Positions 13,101 through 26,357 of a stretch of 64,000 bases of DNA are shown here, one piece after another. Numbering within the stretch: the first letter of the stretch is position 1; the number at the start of each line of letters is the position of its first letter. The stretch comes from Tubulanus polymorphus (taxonomy: Eukaryota; Animalia; Nemertea): positions 24,462,150 to 24,526,149 of the forward strand of contig NC_134026.1 of NCBI RefSeq assembly GCF_964204645.1, in the 5' to 3' direction. A program made the translations under genes and the position numbers. The notes below the pieces were generated by a model. That model was given only the letters and a program-made list of their open reading frames with translations, had not been told where the DNA came from and made no database searches.

Positions 13101-13997
13101 CAGCACCAGAGAGTTCCAGAGCCCTTGGCTGGCTGGTCCCGTCTGTTCATTACAACAATTTCATATCTGTCTAAAAGAAAATATTGAGTTTTACAGTTAA
13201 CCTACGATTATTGCCGCCTTTAACTTACCTTTTCTACGAGGATAAGAAATGAAATATTTCAGCGTGTACTGGTACTATCGAGTGTAAATCTGCTGGAATG
13301 CTGGTCTAAACAGCTATAGCTAGTAGATATCGGGTCTCCATTAGCTACCATATATACCAGTTGTGTGGCATAGAATGAAATGTCAACATATTCTTTTGAT
13401 TTGCAGACCTGCACGTAGTATGAACGCAGTAAAAGAGAAACGAGGACCGAGTCGATGGGTGTCCGCGACCTGATTAGATTTTATCGGATTATTTAAGGCC
13501 TGTCTTAAAATAAATCTTTATAATCATTGTCATGCGATATTAACGATTTATTATTCTATTCTCATAACTACATACTAATCTGCCATAAGCCGCTATGTTC
13601 GCACCGGTCACGTATGTTGCTAATAATTCGTTTGAGCTTCATATATTTACTACTTTTAAAATGGTTTTTGTAGTGCCGAACCTCAAATCTAGGTACACAG
13701 GCATGAAAAAAGACTAAAATCATTAATTGAACCAATAAACTAACTATTTATTATCGATAAAACGAACGTCATTACACAGGTTAATATAAATGTAGTATAA
13801 ACTACTAGACTCAAAATCAAGCGATTTTCTCAAAAACAAACTGTAATATTTGGAATAATATATGTATATGTATGTACACAATGCTGATTGCTTCTTGCAC
13901 AGTCTCATAACTTAAGAAGATGGGGACAAGCGTTTCCAACGAGGCAAATCCTTTAGATGCGAATTGGCATATACGTTTTTTTGGAGAGGATTTAATT

Positions 13998-16900
13998 TTA
14001 CAAGGAAAAGTCAAAGTCGTCCAAATCACTTTGTATGATGTCAAAAATCTCGGAAATACCGGGGCGCAATCCCTCCAAGGTTTGATCAACTACGTGGATA
14101 ATTCCATTGGTTGCTGGCAGGTCACATGCGCTGATACGAGCGATATCTCTTCGTCGATTGACTATTCGAACATCACCGGCCACATGACGGAAATTCAAGG
14201 TCATTCCGCTGAGGGAAAATGCTGGTAGTACTGAGCTACTCTTACAGCAGAAAACCCCTATTATGAGAAATGTATGATAGCTCAACAAACATTTTTAAGG
14301 TATTAATCAAACACGCTGAAAAACCTTATTCGGAATTACCTCTAATGATGTGACTTTTTATGAATTCTTTCAGGTTTCTCCTTCTGCCATGCGACCGACG
14401 CGACATCTGAAATACCTAAAAAATCTCATAGTCAGTTAACTACATCAAAATGCTGAAGTCATGAATAATCGCGGAGAGAAATTATTCGTTTTTACCGCAT
14501 TGGTTGGGGCTAAAATAGTCATAGGATGGTCAGATTGTAAATGATGATGTAAGCCTGTCGTTCTCAAAAGAGTGACAAATTCTGTGAATTGTGGATCGGC
14601 TGAAAGCGTGTCCAACAGGTTCGCTTGCGGCGTGTGTAACACCTATGATGATACGGAAAATCGTAGACAGTAAATTCTGACTCAAGTAATATAATCCTTA
14701 TGTGCCGTATCTTATGGCACTTCATAGATTTTAATGAATATCATGGTTCATACACAGACCTTGTCGATAAGAAACACGTTTACGTTAGAACACGTTCTTA
14801 GATTGTATTTCACCAACTGGGCGCATTGTACCAATGGCTTAATCCACTGAAATTCAAATAACGACATATTTTCACTAGAACTAACAATTCTAGTATAATG
14901 TGATTTTTCTTACGGATTCCAGTTTATGTGATACGCACGTGTCTCGAGTTGACAGTGAGAGTCTTGTTCTCGGACATTGATGGTAGATGTCGCGCGTGTT
15001 TTATTTTACGATAGTCGTACAGTCCGCTGACGAAATGGTACTTCAAAAGCGTCTTCAATTCCTGCTTGTTTTTCATCAATTCATCCATTTCTTCTTTCGG
15101 TTCTTGCTACAAAGGAATTGATGAACTAATTACCATTGTGAATTCCAATCAACTGATTTGGTAATTAATGAAAACGTATTCTATCTATCTACACACACTG
15201 CAGACAGGAGTGCCGTTCCCGCATTAGCAACACAGCCATAGCGGACGCTGTCCACAGCAATAGGCTACACACAGGGCTTGATCCCATGATCCTCCGGGAC
15301 CGAGACCGGTGCCTACTATTTCATTTATAGACCAATTTTATTTTCATTTAAGTGACATGTCCTTACTATGATGGCTCCGTTCGTTGGTAAGAATAGGGTT
15401 GCGTTCTCCATGGATTCTACATATGACAGTAATTCCGCTTTCTTTATCATATTGATGATTTCAGTGGCGCCTTCTGCTTTCGCCAAACTAACGGGACTCA
15501 TTTCTAAAAATAAGAATATACACCTGTTCAACTCCTCATATAAGATTCAAAAGTTGGTGCTTTTTTTCCTAAATAGCCAATTTCTGTCCATACTTTCCAT
15601 CCCGAGCACCTTGTCAACAACCAGAACAACTCCGTCACTTGCCACATAACTAGCAGTGACCTTGACCCCAGAGAGAAAAAGACTATTTTCCGCATCTTTC
15701 GTCAGACGTAATCGTTTCTTGTTTAGATCAGTGACTGTAAGACCATCAGTAGTGATCACCGTCGGACATATCGAATTCTTGATCACGTGCGACCGAAGAA
15801 AATCTAGAGTGACGAGAATATAGTGAAACTGTATACATTGTAAAATCATCCCGTCCCGTGGGCGTGTATATAGGAATATACTCACGATCACCGAAACATT
15901 TTTTCAATAGATTTTCCAGATTCGGTTCGTTGAAGGCATTATCTGTCGGAGCAATAATAGTATAACCGTCATCGCCACGGAGAGTTTCATTCCACTTCGA
16001 CTTCAATTCTGAAATGACCATGTGATCAGATTCATAATCTGATAATAACGTGATGGCTATATTGCGATACACAAACATATCTAAATGCGAACCTTCGATG
16101 AATTTCTTATGATTTCCAGTGTCTTGAAGAATCTGTATTGTTGTTCTGCCGATAGTTGGAATAATGTCTTCGGCAACGTGAATGATACCGTTAGATGCTA
16201 GATTATCCACAGAGACCAATTTCACACAGTTTGCCGTTATTACCTTAACAATTTAACCAATCATCTTAATGATACATATTTTTTGGATGATAAATTCAAT
16301 ATAATGAATTGTGAGTTCACCTAGAAAGTTTTTTTTTTAAATTCAAACTAACAAAATGATTCAAAGTCAAATATGTAATGTCAGAATTGAGGTTTTCTGT
16401 CTGATATTTTTATCTAGTGTGTATCACTGTTCGTGCCACATATAATTAGCAGTAAGAATTAGCATACCCCAGTACGTTTATCCTTATTAAACCTGATTTG
16501 AGAACCGGGCAACGTTGGATCCACCACCATATCGTCTATCATGTGGTGAGAAAGCAACTCTCTCTTTGGGATTATATGATTGAGTACAGTTTCTACTGCG
16601 TGGCCCGCCTCACTCGCCGTATCTTGCGATACCACCACCAAGTTGTTCATCAGGAGATTCTAAAAAGCAAATTTTATTTCATGTAAGAATTTTGTGTAAA
16701 ATTGTGTAAACATGCCTAAGATTAATGAAATTGCGTAGCCTTCAGTGTCAGTCTCTGTTTTCCATTTTCAGTACCTGTTCCGATGTATACTGCTTCAGTT
16801 TTTCGTTAGGGGGCGCTAATAGTGTGAGCGTTGTATTTGTTAACGATTCGTTGAGCCCTATGCTGGATAATGCTCTCCTGAACTCGGTCAGATCCAAATC

Positions 16901-19031
16901 CTTCAAAACCTCTAGAATATCTTTCAGCTCCACCTCTGAAATAGGATAATTTTCAGAATCGTTCATGATATGCGTTTTAATATGTGAATTATGTAATTAT
17001 ATTTAATTCAATTTTCTTTTCTCTTCACTCCAGTTCATTCAATCTGAATCTTCTGCAGTATACTCAACAAACTTTACCCTGTTGGCATCCTAGTTCTCCT
17101 TGTCTATGACCAAATCCACTACAACAGGTGTATGTTACCACACTCGTATTCTTCCATGCGCCACATTCGATACTATGAAAGTTATAGATTCATAAATTAA
17201 TTGCAAATCGTAAGTTTAATGGTACTTGGTTTTACGTACGTGAAATTTTCACATTACATAATTTAATCAAAGATAATGTTAACGAAGAGACAATGTATTT
17301 AATCGAAAGAGAGCATTTACAAACACAATATAATACAAACTATACTTCGTTTGCAATCTTCAAAAAACTTATGTCGAAAGAGACACGAGAGGTAAAAACA
17401 AAAGCTTACGTTGATTCACAAACATAAGCAGAAGCTTTGTCTTGACATCGGTTGATTTTCGTGATGAAAAATGAACTAGACGGGTTTTCTTTGCGTTCAG
17501 TGGTCGTCCGCCTCTTCTTACAAACGTTAGGCCTGTAATCCAGTGATACAAATAGCAGTTATATGCAATAAGTGCAATAGAACGAAACTATGCACATTTG
17601 GCATTTATTGACCATATAGATGCCCTAAAGTGAAATAATGCTAGAACATATCTCTGCTGCTTTTGGATTTTACGTCAATCTAAAATTATTCACGGAAAGA
17701 AGGAGATTAAAAATACGTACCCTCTCCACCAGTCAGTTGAACTGCTGAATTCAACATCGAAGTCGAAACCAAAATTTATATCCCAGTCAGGGATACCCAG
17801 TCGTGCGGCTAGTTGTACCCAACTGAAAATATGTGCATTTAAAAGATACATTTAAGGGAACGCGTTAGTTTGAGTCTCCTAATTAATCTCAGAATGTTCT
17901 CATTTTCATTTTCACGCTGAGCAACTTGTTTCTGAATCGTTGCCAAACGAATTGTTTTGCACTTCTCGATGCGTGAAAACAAGCTTGTATCCGCGTCTGA
18001 ACTTTGTGTAAACACTCATGTTTCCTGTTCATCTTGCCAACCATACAGATACACATTTCCATGATTTACACAGCGCCATCAAATCCTCATAACGTTTACT
18101 CGATAGTTTATCTTCTACAAGGAGTATGTTTCGCGTATTTTCCATGGCAAAATAAGAAAGACTCAATACAATTAGATCAGACTGTTTCGTCTAATTTTGT
18201 TTGGAGTTTTCTAGATCTAGATTGACAAGAAATACAAAATACAACACGAAAGAAACAGATTTTAGATAGATAGAAATTTTCAATGCGGATTAAATTCGTT
18301 ATCGATAGTGTTCTTTTACGGTGGAGGCGTCCTATCAACAATCCCCCCCCTTTCCAGCATTCCTTCCTAGCGTATCTTTCATCAAGCAAGTTAATCGAGA
18401 AAGGTTAAACCTGCCGTTACGAATTAGATACATCTAGCTGAGATCTCATCAGTCTTTGCCAACTTCTCTGAAAATACCTTTCTGTTCCGCTCGATACGTT
18501 CATTTAATACAAGAATTCATTTACTTACTCTACCAGGTTTTTGCCATTTTCCAAAATACTGCTTTGTCTTCCTCCACGCCGCTTCGAAGAACCACGTTTG
18601 TGGGTAACATGGTGCCCAGGTCTCCGGGACACTCCTCGGCCTCCTCGTCCGAATCCTCCTCTCCGTCCAATTGTCCGACTATTGAGTTCCACATCGTCTA
18701 CTCTTCCTCCGCGTCCTCTTCTGCGATTGTCTCCCCTTGAAGGTTGTCGTATCCTAAAACCTGGATCTTCGATGCCGTGTACTCGTCGCCATGGTGGATC
18801 AACTGAACCCATATTTCGGCCACTTTTTGCCAGCCAGTCGTAGTCGTACACATCATCACCACCATCGTCATATTCGTCAAAATAATCGTCCAGTAAGTCA
18901 ATATCCGTAACGAATGGTTCCAAGGCTTCAAGATGATGCGGTCCTCGCCGACTTAAGGCTTGTTGCCACGAAACACGCCCTACAGATAAAGACACGCACA
19001 CTAAACAAATCAACAACAGTGCTAGTCTCAT
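13998..19031 (-). CDS. Secreted TGFBI/periostin-like fasciclin protein: signal peptide, low-complexity N-extension, EMI domain, four FAS1 domains (~14 exons)
   Basis: Signal peptide MRLALLLICLVCVSLSVG. Spliced exons 18529-19031, 17721-17822, 17410-17532 and 17078-17172 give WWRGPNVC...TYTCCSGFGHRQGELGC (EMI). FAS1 H1 motifs TLLAPPNE, TIIAPTDNAF, TLFLPTNGA, TILAPTNA; H2 motifs ASNGIIHVAEDII, ASDGVVLVVDKVL, VFLIDKV, ATNGIIHVVDQTL. Stop at 13998. Confidence 0.9.
15181..15320 (-). mobile_element. Putative tRNA-derived SINE in a fasciclin-gene intron
   Basis: GC-rich insert in an AT-rich intron. The minus strand has a B-box-like GGGATCAAGCCC followed by tgtgtgt (as at 3340) and ends in a gtgtgt/agat simple-repeat tail. 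Confidence 0.35.
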
Positions 19032-19747
19032 TTTGTTGTTGCCCCTCGTGTAAGAATCTGGTAAATAAACTCTGTATCGATGTTGTGAACAGTAAGTATT
19101 ACTGTTATACTATAAATATCGCCTTATCGTCAGTGAGGAGAGAACTCCCTGCTATCCGGGAAAACTCGAATAATCACGCGCTCGCAGATGGTTTTGTAAC
19201 ATTTTTTCTTTGTCAAAACTCATCTTCAAGTGAATGTCACTTGAGTTTGAGTAATCTTTCTTCGAAAAGAGAGCAACCACCAAGAATCGAAATGGAAGAT
19301 TTTTTGTGTGTGTTGGCGTTAGACAGCTGGTTATATAGCTTAGAGGTCCTTTTAGCTAACTATCAAACTGAATTGAAATGAATTAATTATTCTTTGTTGC
19401 AACTTGATATGATTTGTAAAAGCACTGAAGATACTTAAGTAAAATGTTGGAGTAAAATTTTTTCATTTCTCATACGTTAAATGAACGTCCAATGACTGTC
19501 CAATGAATGTCCATCGGATTATTGTGGTTTAACATGACTCAACATACAAACATAGTTATCATTCTATGGTATGTGGGCGCATTGAGTAAACCTTCAGTTT
19601 TCGCTAATAACGCGACCTTGGATAAATATTGTACATTGTCATTAATCCAATAAATCGGTTAATAATTAAAGAATATGCCCAAACCATTGATATGCATAGC
19701 TCGAATGACACACTCAGTTAGTCGCGAACTTTCTATAGAAAATAACG
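19032..19747. promoter_or_regulatory. Probable bidirectional promoter between the fasciclin gene and the Ig-receptor gene
   Basis: Divergent ATGs only 716 bp apart; tandem GTCCAATGA repeats (CCAAT) at ~19487-19512, another CCAAT at ~19647, TATAAATA at 19111. Confidence 0.5.
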
Positions 19748-22700
19748 ATGTCGCGAAAAAATCAAATGTTGTTTTCACTCTTGACTTTTTGCAGCATCCT
19801 GTTTGGATTTAACACTTTGTCAGTTAAAGGCTTCACAGTATCTTATCCATCAGTTTTAGGTTCGACTGCTAGTTTGAATTCGTGTAAAAAACAAATAACT
19901 CAAGGCGCAATTCACGTGTGGGCACGTAAGACCGCTTCTTCGGAACCAAGCGTCTTATCATTGAACGGGCTACTGGACCAGTTTACTGATCGAAATAAAT
20001 ACTCGGTACGCGTTAGTGGAACAAATGTTGTTCTGGATATTTTGCAAGTTTCGCTTGGTGACGAGGGGGAATATTTGTGTTATTATTTGAATCAGCAGAA
20101 TGATGCCAGTTCGTTCAGATTGATCGTACTCGGTAAGTACCCGCAGTTAAGTCAGCCTTACGCAAAGCTGATGAGGTGATATACAACAGGAAAATCCGCA
20201 CTCAACGCAAAACATAAAATTATTGAAGGCTGGTTTCCACATGCAGTTTCCAGCGCAGAGAAACCGCTCGAATATCGAAAAACTTGTCCCGAACCGGAAA
20301 ACGCGGCAGCAGAAAAAACTACTGCACAATCTGCAGGAAATAGCTGACTGGAAACCGCTCGTCAAAGCAAGCCTTTATTTCTGAGAAATGACTGACGACT
20401 GCAAGACATCTGGCTTCGAGATTGCTCGGGAGACTGCGGCGTTTACGGAAAACTTGGAAAAGAATATTTTTCCCCCTTTGTTTTGAGTAAATGAATTTAA
20501 TTGCAATTTGATTGTTTAACTATTTGTTGATATAAGATGGTATAAATGCTACTGCACGTCGACCACTAATCGGTTTCAAGCCCTTAAAATCCATTTTAAA
20601 TTTAATTTGAAATCCTATTTTAATCTTTTGTAATTTCTTTGCAAACTTATTGACCATGGAATACTAATCATATAATACTATAGACATTTTATTTTTTGTT
20701 TATGCAAGTTTTTGAGTGACAAAATGCAAATACAGGGTTGCTTCAACTATTAAGAATAGGTCCATGAATTTACATAAAAATGTATTCCAGTTCGCCCTAC
20801 GTCACTTTTTGCTGAAAATCCGATTCTACCAGTGAAAGAAGGCGGTAAAACAAGTTTGAAATGTCGTGCAAGTGCTTCGAAGCCACTCCCAGAGATAACA
20901 TGGACAATCAAAGGTAACTACGTTTCTAAAACTTCTATAATTTCTCTTTTTATCTGCTCAAGAATTATTGTTGGATAAAATCCAAAATTAAGCTCGTGGG
21001 TTAATAACCTCAAGCAATAGATATGTTAGTAAGTAATTCGAAATTATCGAATTTACTTTGGCGTATGTGTATATACATGACTTATCCCAATGTTTAGGAC
21101 GCTAGTATTATGAAGACAATGTGGAATCCACAAAATTATTCTAAATTGATTATAGTGAGCATAAAATGTGCATTACTGGCAAATCGTTAAGTCATGGGTG
21201 GAATACACTATCCTCATGAATGGATAGATCCCTGAGCATGAAAAACGATTGAAGAAAATCTCGATTTTTTCGGCATTTTCCGCTTGATACAGTTTTGATA
21301 AATAAGTATGAATGTATGCATATCACCCAGCCCCAATCACCCTCAATGTATCCTGAGAATCGAGCATGTGAGTTTGGCATTTAGTGTTCACTTATATAAT
21401 CGCATTATCCCTCACTTAGGAAGGTTCTACACTTTCATCTAATTTCGTTCGCACAATATATATCACAAATTACTAAAGGCATAAAAGTGTTTTTTTTGCC
21501 AAGGTGTTAAACTTTTTTTAAGACACATTGTCGTTCGAGCATTAAAGATTGTTGTCGGTAGTCTAATACAAATCATATAAGTAGGAGGCACGAACATTCT
21601 TCTTTTCCATCATCGCCCTCCTGAAAGGTTTACACGTTTTGCTGGTTACGAAAACCTCATTAAGACTTGTATCATTTCAGCTGCAGATGGTAGTTTGATC
21701 AGGTTCGAGGATGATATAGGGTCCGTTTCTAATTCCGATAATCAGTTCCCCAATGGTACCGCCAGTCGAGAGAGTACACTCAGCATAACAAACGCCACCA
21801 GGCAACTTTACCGATCCACCTTCAAATGCGAAGCCACCATACAATATTTCTACTACGACGAGAGAAAATTGCCGTTCACTATGAAAGGTACAAAACTTTC
21901 CACTTAACCAAAAATCTGAACTAATGAAAAAATATCGACACTTTCTCCGCTGAATATATTAATGTGCAATTTTCTTCGTAGTGAGTCCAATGCGGCCCTA
22001 TTTTTCTGGACTATCTGCTGATGTAGGTATGCCGCTTACACTTACCTGTCACGTGTACGGTGCAGACCCAATAGCTGACGTTATCATACTCGAAAATAAC
22101 GTCCGTCTACTAAGGGTCCGCACCGACTTCATCAACATTGCCGACGGTACCACGAATACCACAGGGTCCGTAGAAATTAAATCTATAGCAGAAGTTACGG
22201 ACGACGGGCGTACGTTTGAATGCCGCACAACAAATGGAATTCTTTTGCCAAGAAATCAATTTGGAATTGTGTCCATAAATCGTATGTATCAATTTCAACA
22301 GAATGAAACAAATATTATACACTCATATATGTAATGGAATGAATAACAAACTAGTCGCCAGGTGAACTAAACATACTTAACTTAATGAGTAGGAAGAATA
22401 TCTGAGATCTGAGGCGCAGTTTCTTTATTCCAAATTGAGATTAAGACGTTTCGGCCTTAAAACCTTTATCAATTGAACGATTTTGAAAAAAACATTCTTC
22501 CTACGAGGTGAGGTGAACACGATTAACTCCATCAACATTTCTAAATACCTAAAACTTAACAATAAACTAAGCCATCACGATGTTACGTAGGGTACTTCCT
22601 CGATGAGGATTGTATCATCATTTACGATATACTTTTGCATTATCATTCGGTTCTATATCGTTCTACCAACTGCTATTAATGAACTTTCTATGAATTACAA

Positions 22701-25700
22701 ACTTCTTTAATGAAATTTGTGTTCCTATTTATATTCGTGTTCACATGTATTTGAAACAGGTGCACCAAGTTATGCTTTTTTATCAGCCAACTCCTCCACA
22801 GCTACAGAAGACGAGCAGTTCAAGTTATATTGCTCGTCAGATGCCAATCCTGCGCCTTTAAACTCTCAAGTCATCTGGTTTAAAAATGAAGCAACTATTG
22901 ACGTCACGATATCGATCCATTACGTCACAACCGTCCGTAACGATACTGTGGCAACGTTGACACTGAACACAGTTAAAAGGTAGAGCAATGGCAATGAATA
23001 ATATGCTTGGTGGTTCTTTTTTTGGAATCGTAATTTTTTGAATAATTGGAAAATCGTAAATATTTGAGCATGTGATGTTATACAGAACTGATGCAGGCGT
23101 ATATCGATGTCGTATCGAAAACAGACTAGGCGTGGCGTTGAGTGCCCCTTACGAGATCCATACTTTATGTACGTAAATTGAGCGGTTTCAGAAAGAGAGC
23201 ATAGTATCCAAAATCCTCATTCTACTTTGCTTACTTGTATATTTTAACCTTCTTTTGAAGATCGACCAGTTTGTCGGCCTTTCCAAACGCTGAAATACGC
23301 TTGTAGGCAAGGTGAAACCGTTGAAATTGCGTGCTACGTATTGGCCAATCCTAGTAGTGGCGTCATGTTTAACTGGACCCAATCGGATGGCGCCCTGGAT
23401 TCTTATGGAACGACGTTGGGGAGCGAACTCTCGACTAATATCGTTGTATCGACAATTCCCGTTTCAGTCAGGTGGGTAATAAGATAAACGGCCTCCACCC
23501 ATTCTATACAATTTTCTCCTGTCAATTTATCACGGAGCTTCTAATTAGTCGACTCCGGGTAGATTGTAATTCAGTTTTTAATTACAAAAAACAGAAACAA
23601 ACAGGGATCTGATGCTGTGTTCCCATCAGCTACATTCAGCGTTTAATTAATTTAGAGTTTTTGGTTAATTGGATCAATTTCGTTATGCACCGGTTAATGG
23701 ATCATGCAACGTCGTAACTAAGTACATGTCAATTACATAAAATTCCTAGACTAGCAAGTATGTCACTCAATCCGTGAACACATGAAGTGGGATCATTAAA
23801 TCACGGGAAGTTGTCAATGTAAGATGAAGACTCTTACTGTTAGTTTTTAAGTACAGCGTTCGCTATATCTTGCTTACAGGGCAGCTTGCGATTACAGATT
23901 GTATGAATGTAAAGCTAGTAACGACATCGGCGAAATGGTTTCACCGTGTCGCATAGCAGTTGTTCAGCCCGGTAAGAGAAAGTTCCTTCCATCGCGACAA
24001 ATTGTAATCACTATTTCAATCAACCAACGTTTTGTTTGCCAAGGTGTAGGATAGAAACATCGTTTATTACGCATGGCTGCAACTTCTATTACTTTCTAAC
24101 ATATCTGCTCTGTCTTCTTCCGTTTAATGTATATACACAACCTATGAAATGGTTTTCTATTTCTCGCTTATTTTACTGTTTGAAAGATTTTTTTGTTTAG
24201 TTTTTTGTTATGATGATTGTTGGAAATTATTGGAAACGATGAATAAGGCTTTGATTGTATTTCAGGTAAGGCTGAAGCACCGATTAACTGTCAAATAAAC
24301 AATCTCACTGATTCTTCCCTGGATGTTGTATGCATCCCTACTTTTGACGGGGGTTCGAAGCCACATTTTGCCATATCTTTGAAGTCAGCAAAAATCAATG
24401 GCGGAGAGTTCGTAGTAAAGTCTAATCTAAGTGATCCAACATTTGCCGTTTTTGGTTTGTTGCCATCGACGGAGTACTATTTTCAAGTGTGCGTATCCAA
24501 TGCTGAGTTTTGGAAGGAGGTCGACTGTACTCAAGAATCAGTTTTCACGACATCAGGTAAGCGCATTTATTGGGTTTTCTAGTTACAGGAGACGACGCGT
24601 CCGACTGATTGAAACGAGGGTTTTGGAAGACTCGTATTCACAGAAACATAACCCTGAAACGCTAAGTTAGAAATAAGTACCGTAAAACGCCTGTAACGTC
24701 CAGATGCGATCGACAGATTCTATAGAGGAGTTATTACTGATCTTGATACTATTTCCAAATATGGTTAAATCCTCGATATTTTCATTTAAGTAAAATGCCG
24801 TGTTTTCATTCGTTTAGAATCCAACGTGACATTGTCTCAAGCGGGATTGGTGTCACCAGAGATGTTACCTCTGGTGATAGCTTCTACCGTTATTGGAGTG
24901 CTCATAATTGTTCTCGTCGTTGCTGTTCTAGTGATGACGAAAGGTCAATGCCATCGGTGTCGACATTCTCAGGTAAGATAATCGTCTCCGGTGTCTTTCG
25001 CTTGATGTTTTATTACCTCAGCATCGATACGATCATGTTCACGTACTATCTATTATGACTCGACATCGAAGTAAAAAGATCTTTAAAATTGTTATAAAAA
25101 TTACACGATAATGTATCTAATGAGTCATGGTGAACGGGAGACATCGAAAGCGATATGTGAAAGGTTCGATTTCATGTCAAGATCAACGCGTTCAATTTCA
25201 GGCAGACGTCAACAAAAGTTCAACAAGCATCGAAATGAGTAAGTAAAAGTTCACAAACGGAATATTCCTTGGATAGTACCTAATTGGTTGTCGCCTCTGG
25301 TATTCGATTTAACTTCGTTAGATGTTCGTATTGATAAGACGGCCGTACGAGACAAATCAACTAGAAATTCTTAATTAAACAATTACAAAACATTGACCTG
25401 CAGATATAGCCAACGGCATCTTCACACGCAGGAAATGAAAGCTCCATATTCTGTCCATATGACTACTACGGTCATCCTAGCTAACGGAATATATATATTT
25501 GTTACATTCCAGATCCTCCACCATCAAAATCAAATCTGAGACCAAGCATCGTAACGGTGTACGAAGATTCGATACATTCCGAAAATGGGAAAAATAGAAG
25601 TAAAAAAGTTACTCGATTCAGTGACCAGGAATGCGTTCAGAATCCGGCACAGATATGGCTCGGTCCTGATGATCAGCGCATCCAGAAAGATGACGAAATG

Positions 25701-26357
25701 AGTGGCTTTCATCAGAATATGTCGCAAGAAGATAACTCCGACCCAGATACAGCGGATACATTCATATCAAACGGAGAAGAAAGTTCTGCGAAGCCTGCTA
25801 CCCCAGTTGTCGGTGATGCACCCACTGACGAAAGAAAAATTAAACCATACTTATCACGTAGTGTTAATGTCGACGACAACGATGATGAGGCAGTAGAACA
25901 CGAGGGGCAAGAATCGCCTCGAAAAGCGTCGATAGACGTGACAGCTGTGATACAACAACTGCGAGCTGAATCCGCTGAAAGACGCACAAGTCTAGACTCA
26001 CCACCACCACCACTTCCTCCACGTAGCTCTCCAAAACCGGCGATTGCCAAACGTAACGCCCCAGTGGTAGCCAATGACAGTCATGAACATCCTCAGAGAC
26101 TTCGACCAGCGTTATCCTTCCTGGAAGCTATTGGTGATAGTTCTACGTCTGAGTCGGAGATATCTTCCTCCTTCTCGTCTGAGGCCGGGGAAGAAAGATT
26201 TATCGAAGCGTCGATTTCCCCAGATGACGTCCAGGTTGATGCAAATTTGAGCAATACTGATGGTCAGACGACCGATGGTGAATATTCGTCTGCGAATACT
26301 TCACAGGATGACTCGGCAAGCTTTACTATCAGAGATGACTTTGAAATGGATGTCTAA
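19748..26357 (+). CDS. Sidestep/nephrin-like type I membrane adhesion protein (signal peptide, 5 Ig, FN3, TM, long acidic/Pro-rich tail; ~13 exons)
   Basis: Exons 19748-20132, 20791-20913, 21681-21887, 21982-22281, 22760-22979, 23086-23168, 23261-23471, 23880-23971, 24266-24556, 24818-24972, two small exons ~25.2-25.5 kb, and 25513-26357, all GT-AG. Ig motifs DEGEYLC, DDGRTFEC, CSSDANP, DAGVYRC; FN3 CIPTFDGGSKPHF..LLPSTEYYFQV; TM LVIASTVIGVLIIVLVVAVLVM. Confidence 0.88.
22441..22475 (-). ncRNA. Degenerate Penelope-type hammerhead ribozyme motif
   Basis: Minus strand TTGATAA-aggt-tttaa-ggcc-GAAACGTC followed by AATAAA; core diverged from CUGANGA. Confidence 0.35.

Noticed and set aside
11940-13187. 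Short ORFs of 68-117 aa as a separate gene
   Set aside because: No recognisable motif and no consistent spliced frame found.
25712-26074. Antisense ORFs overlapping real exons (also 8525-8776, 18541-18843, 28190-28477, 37696-38013)
   Set aside because: Shadow frames of coding sequence with no independent evidence.
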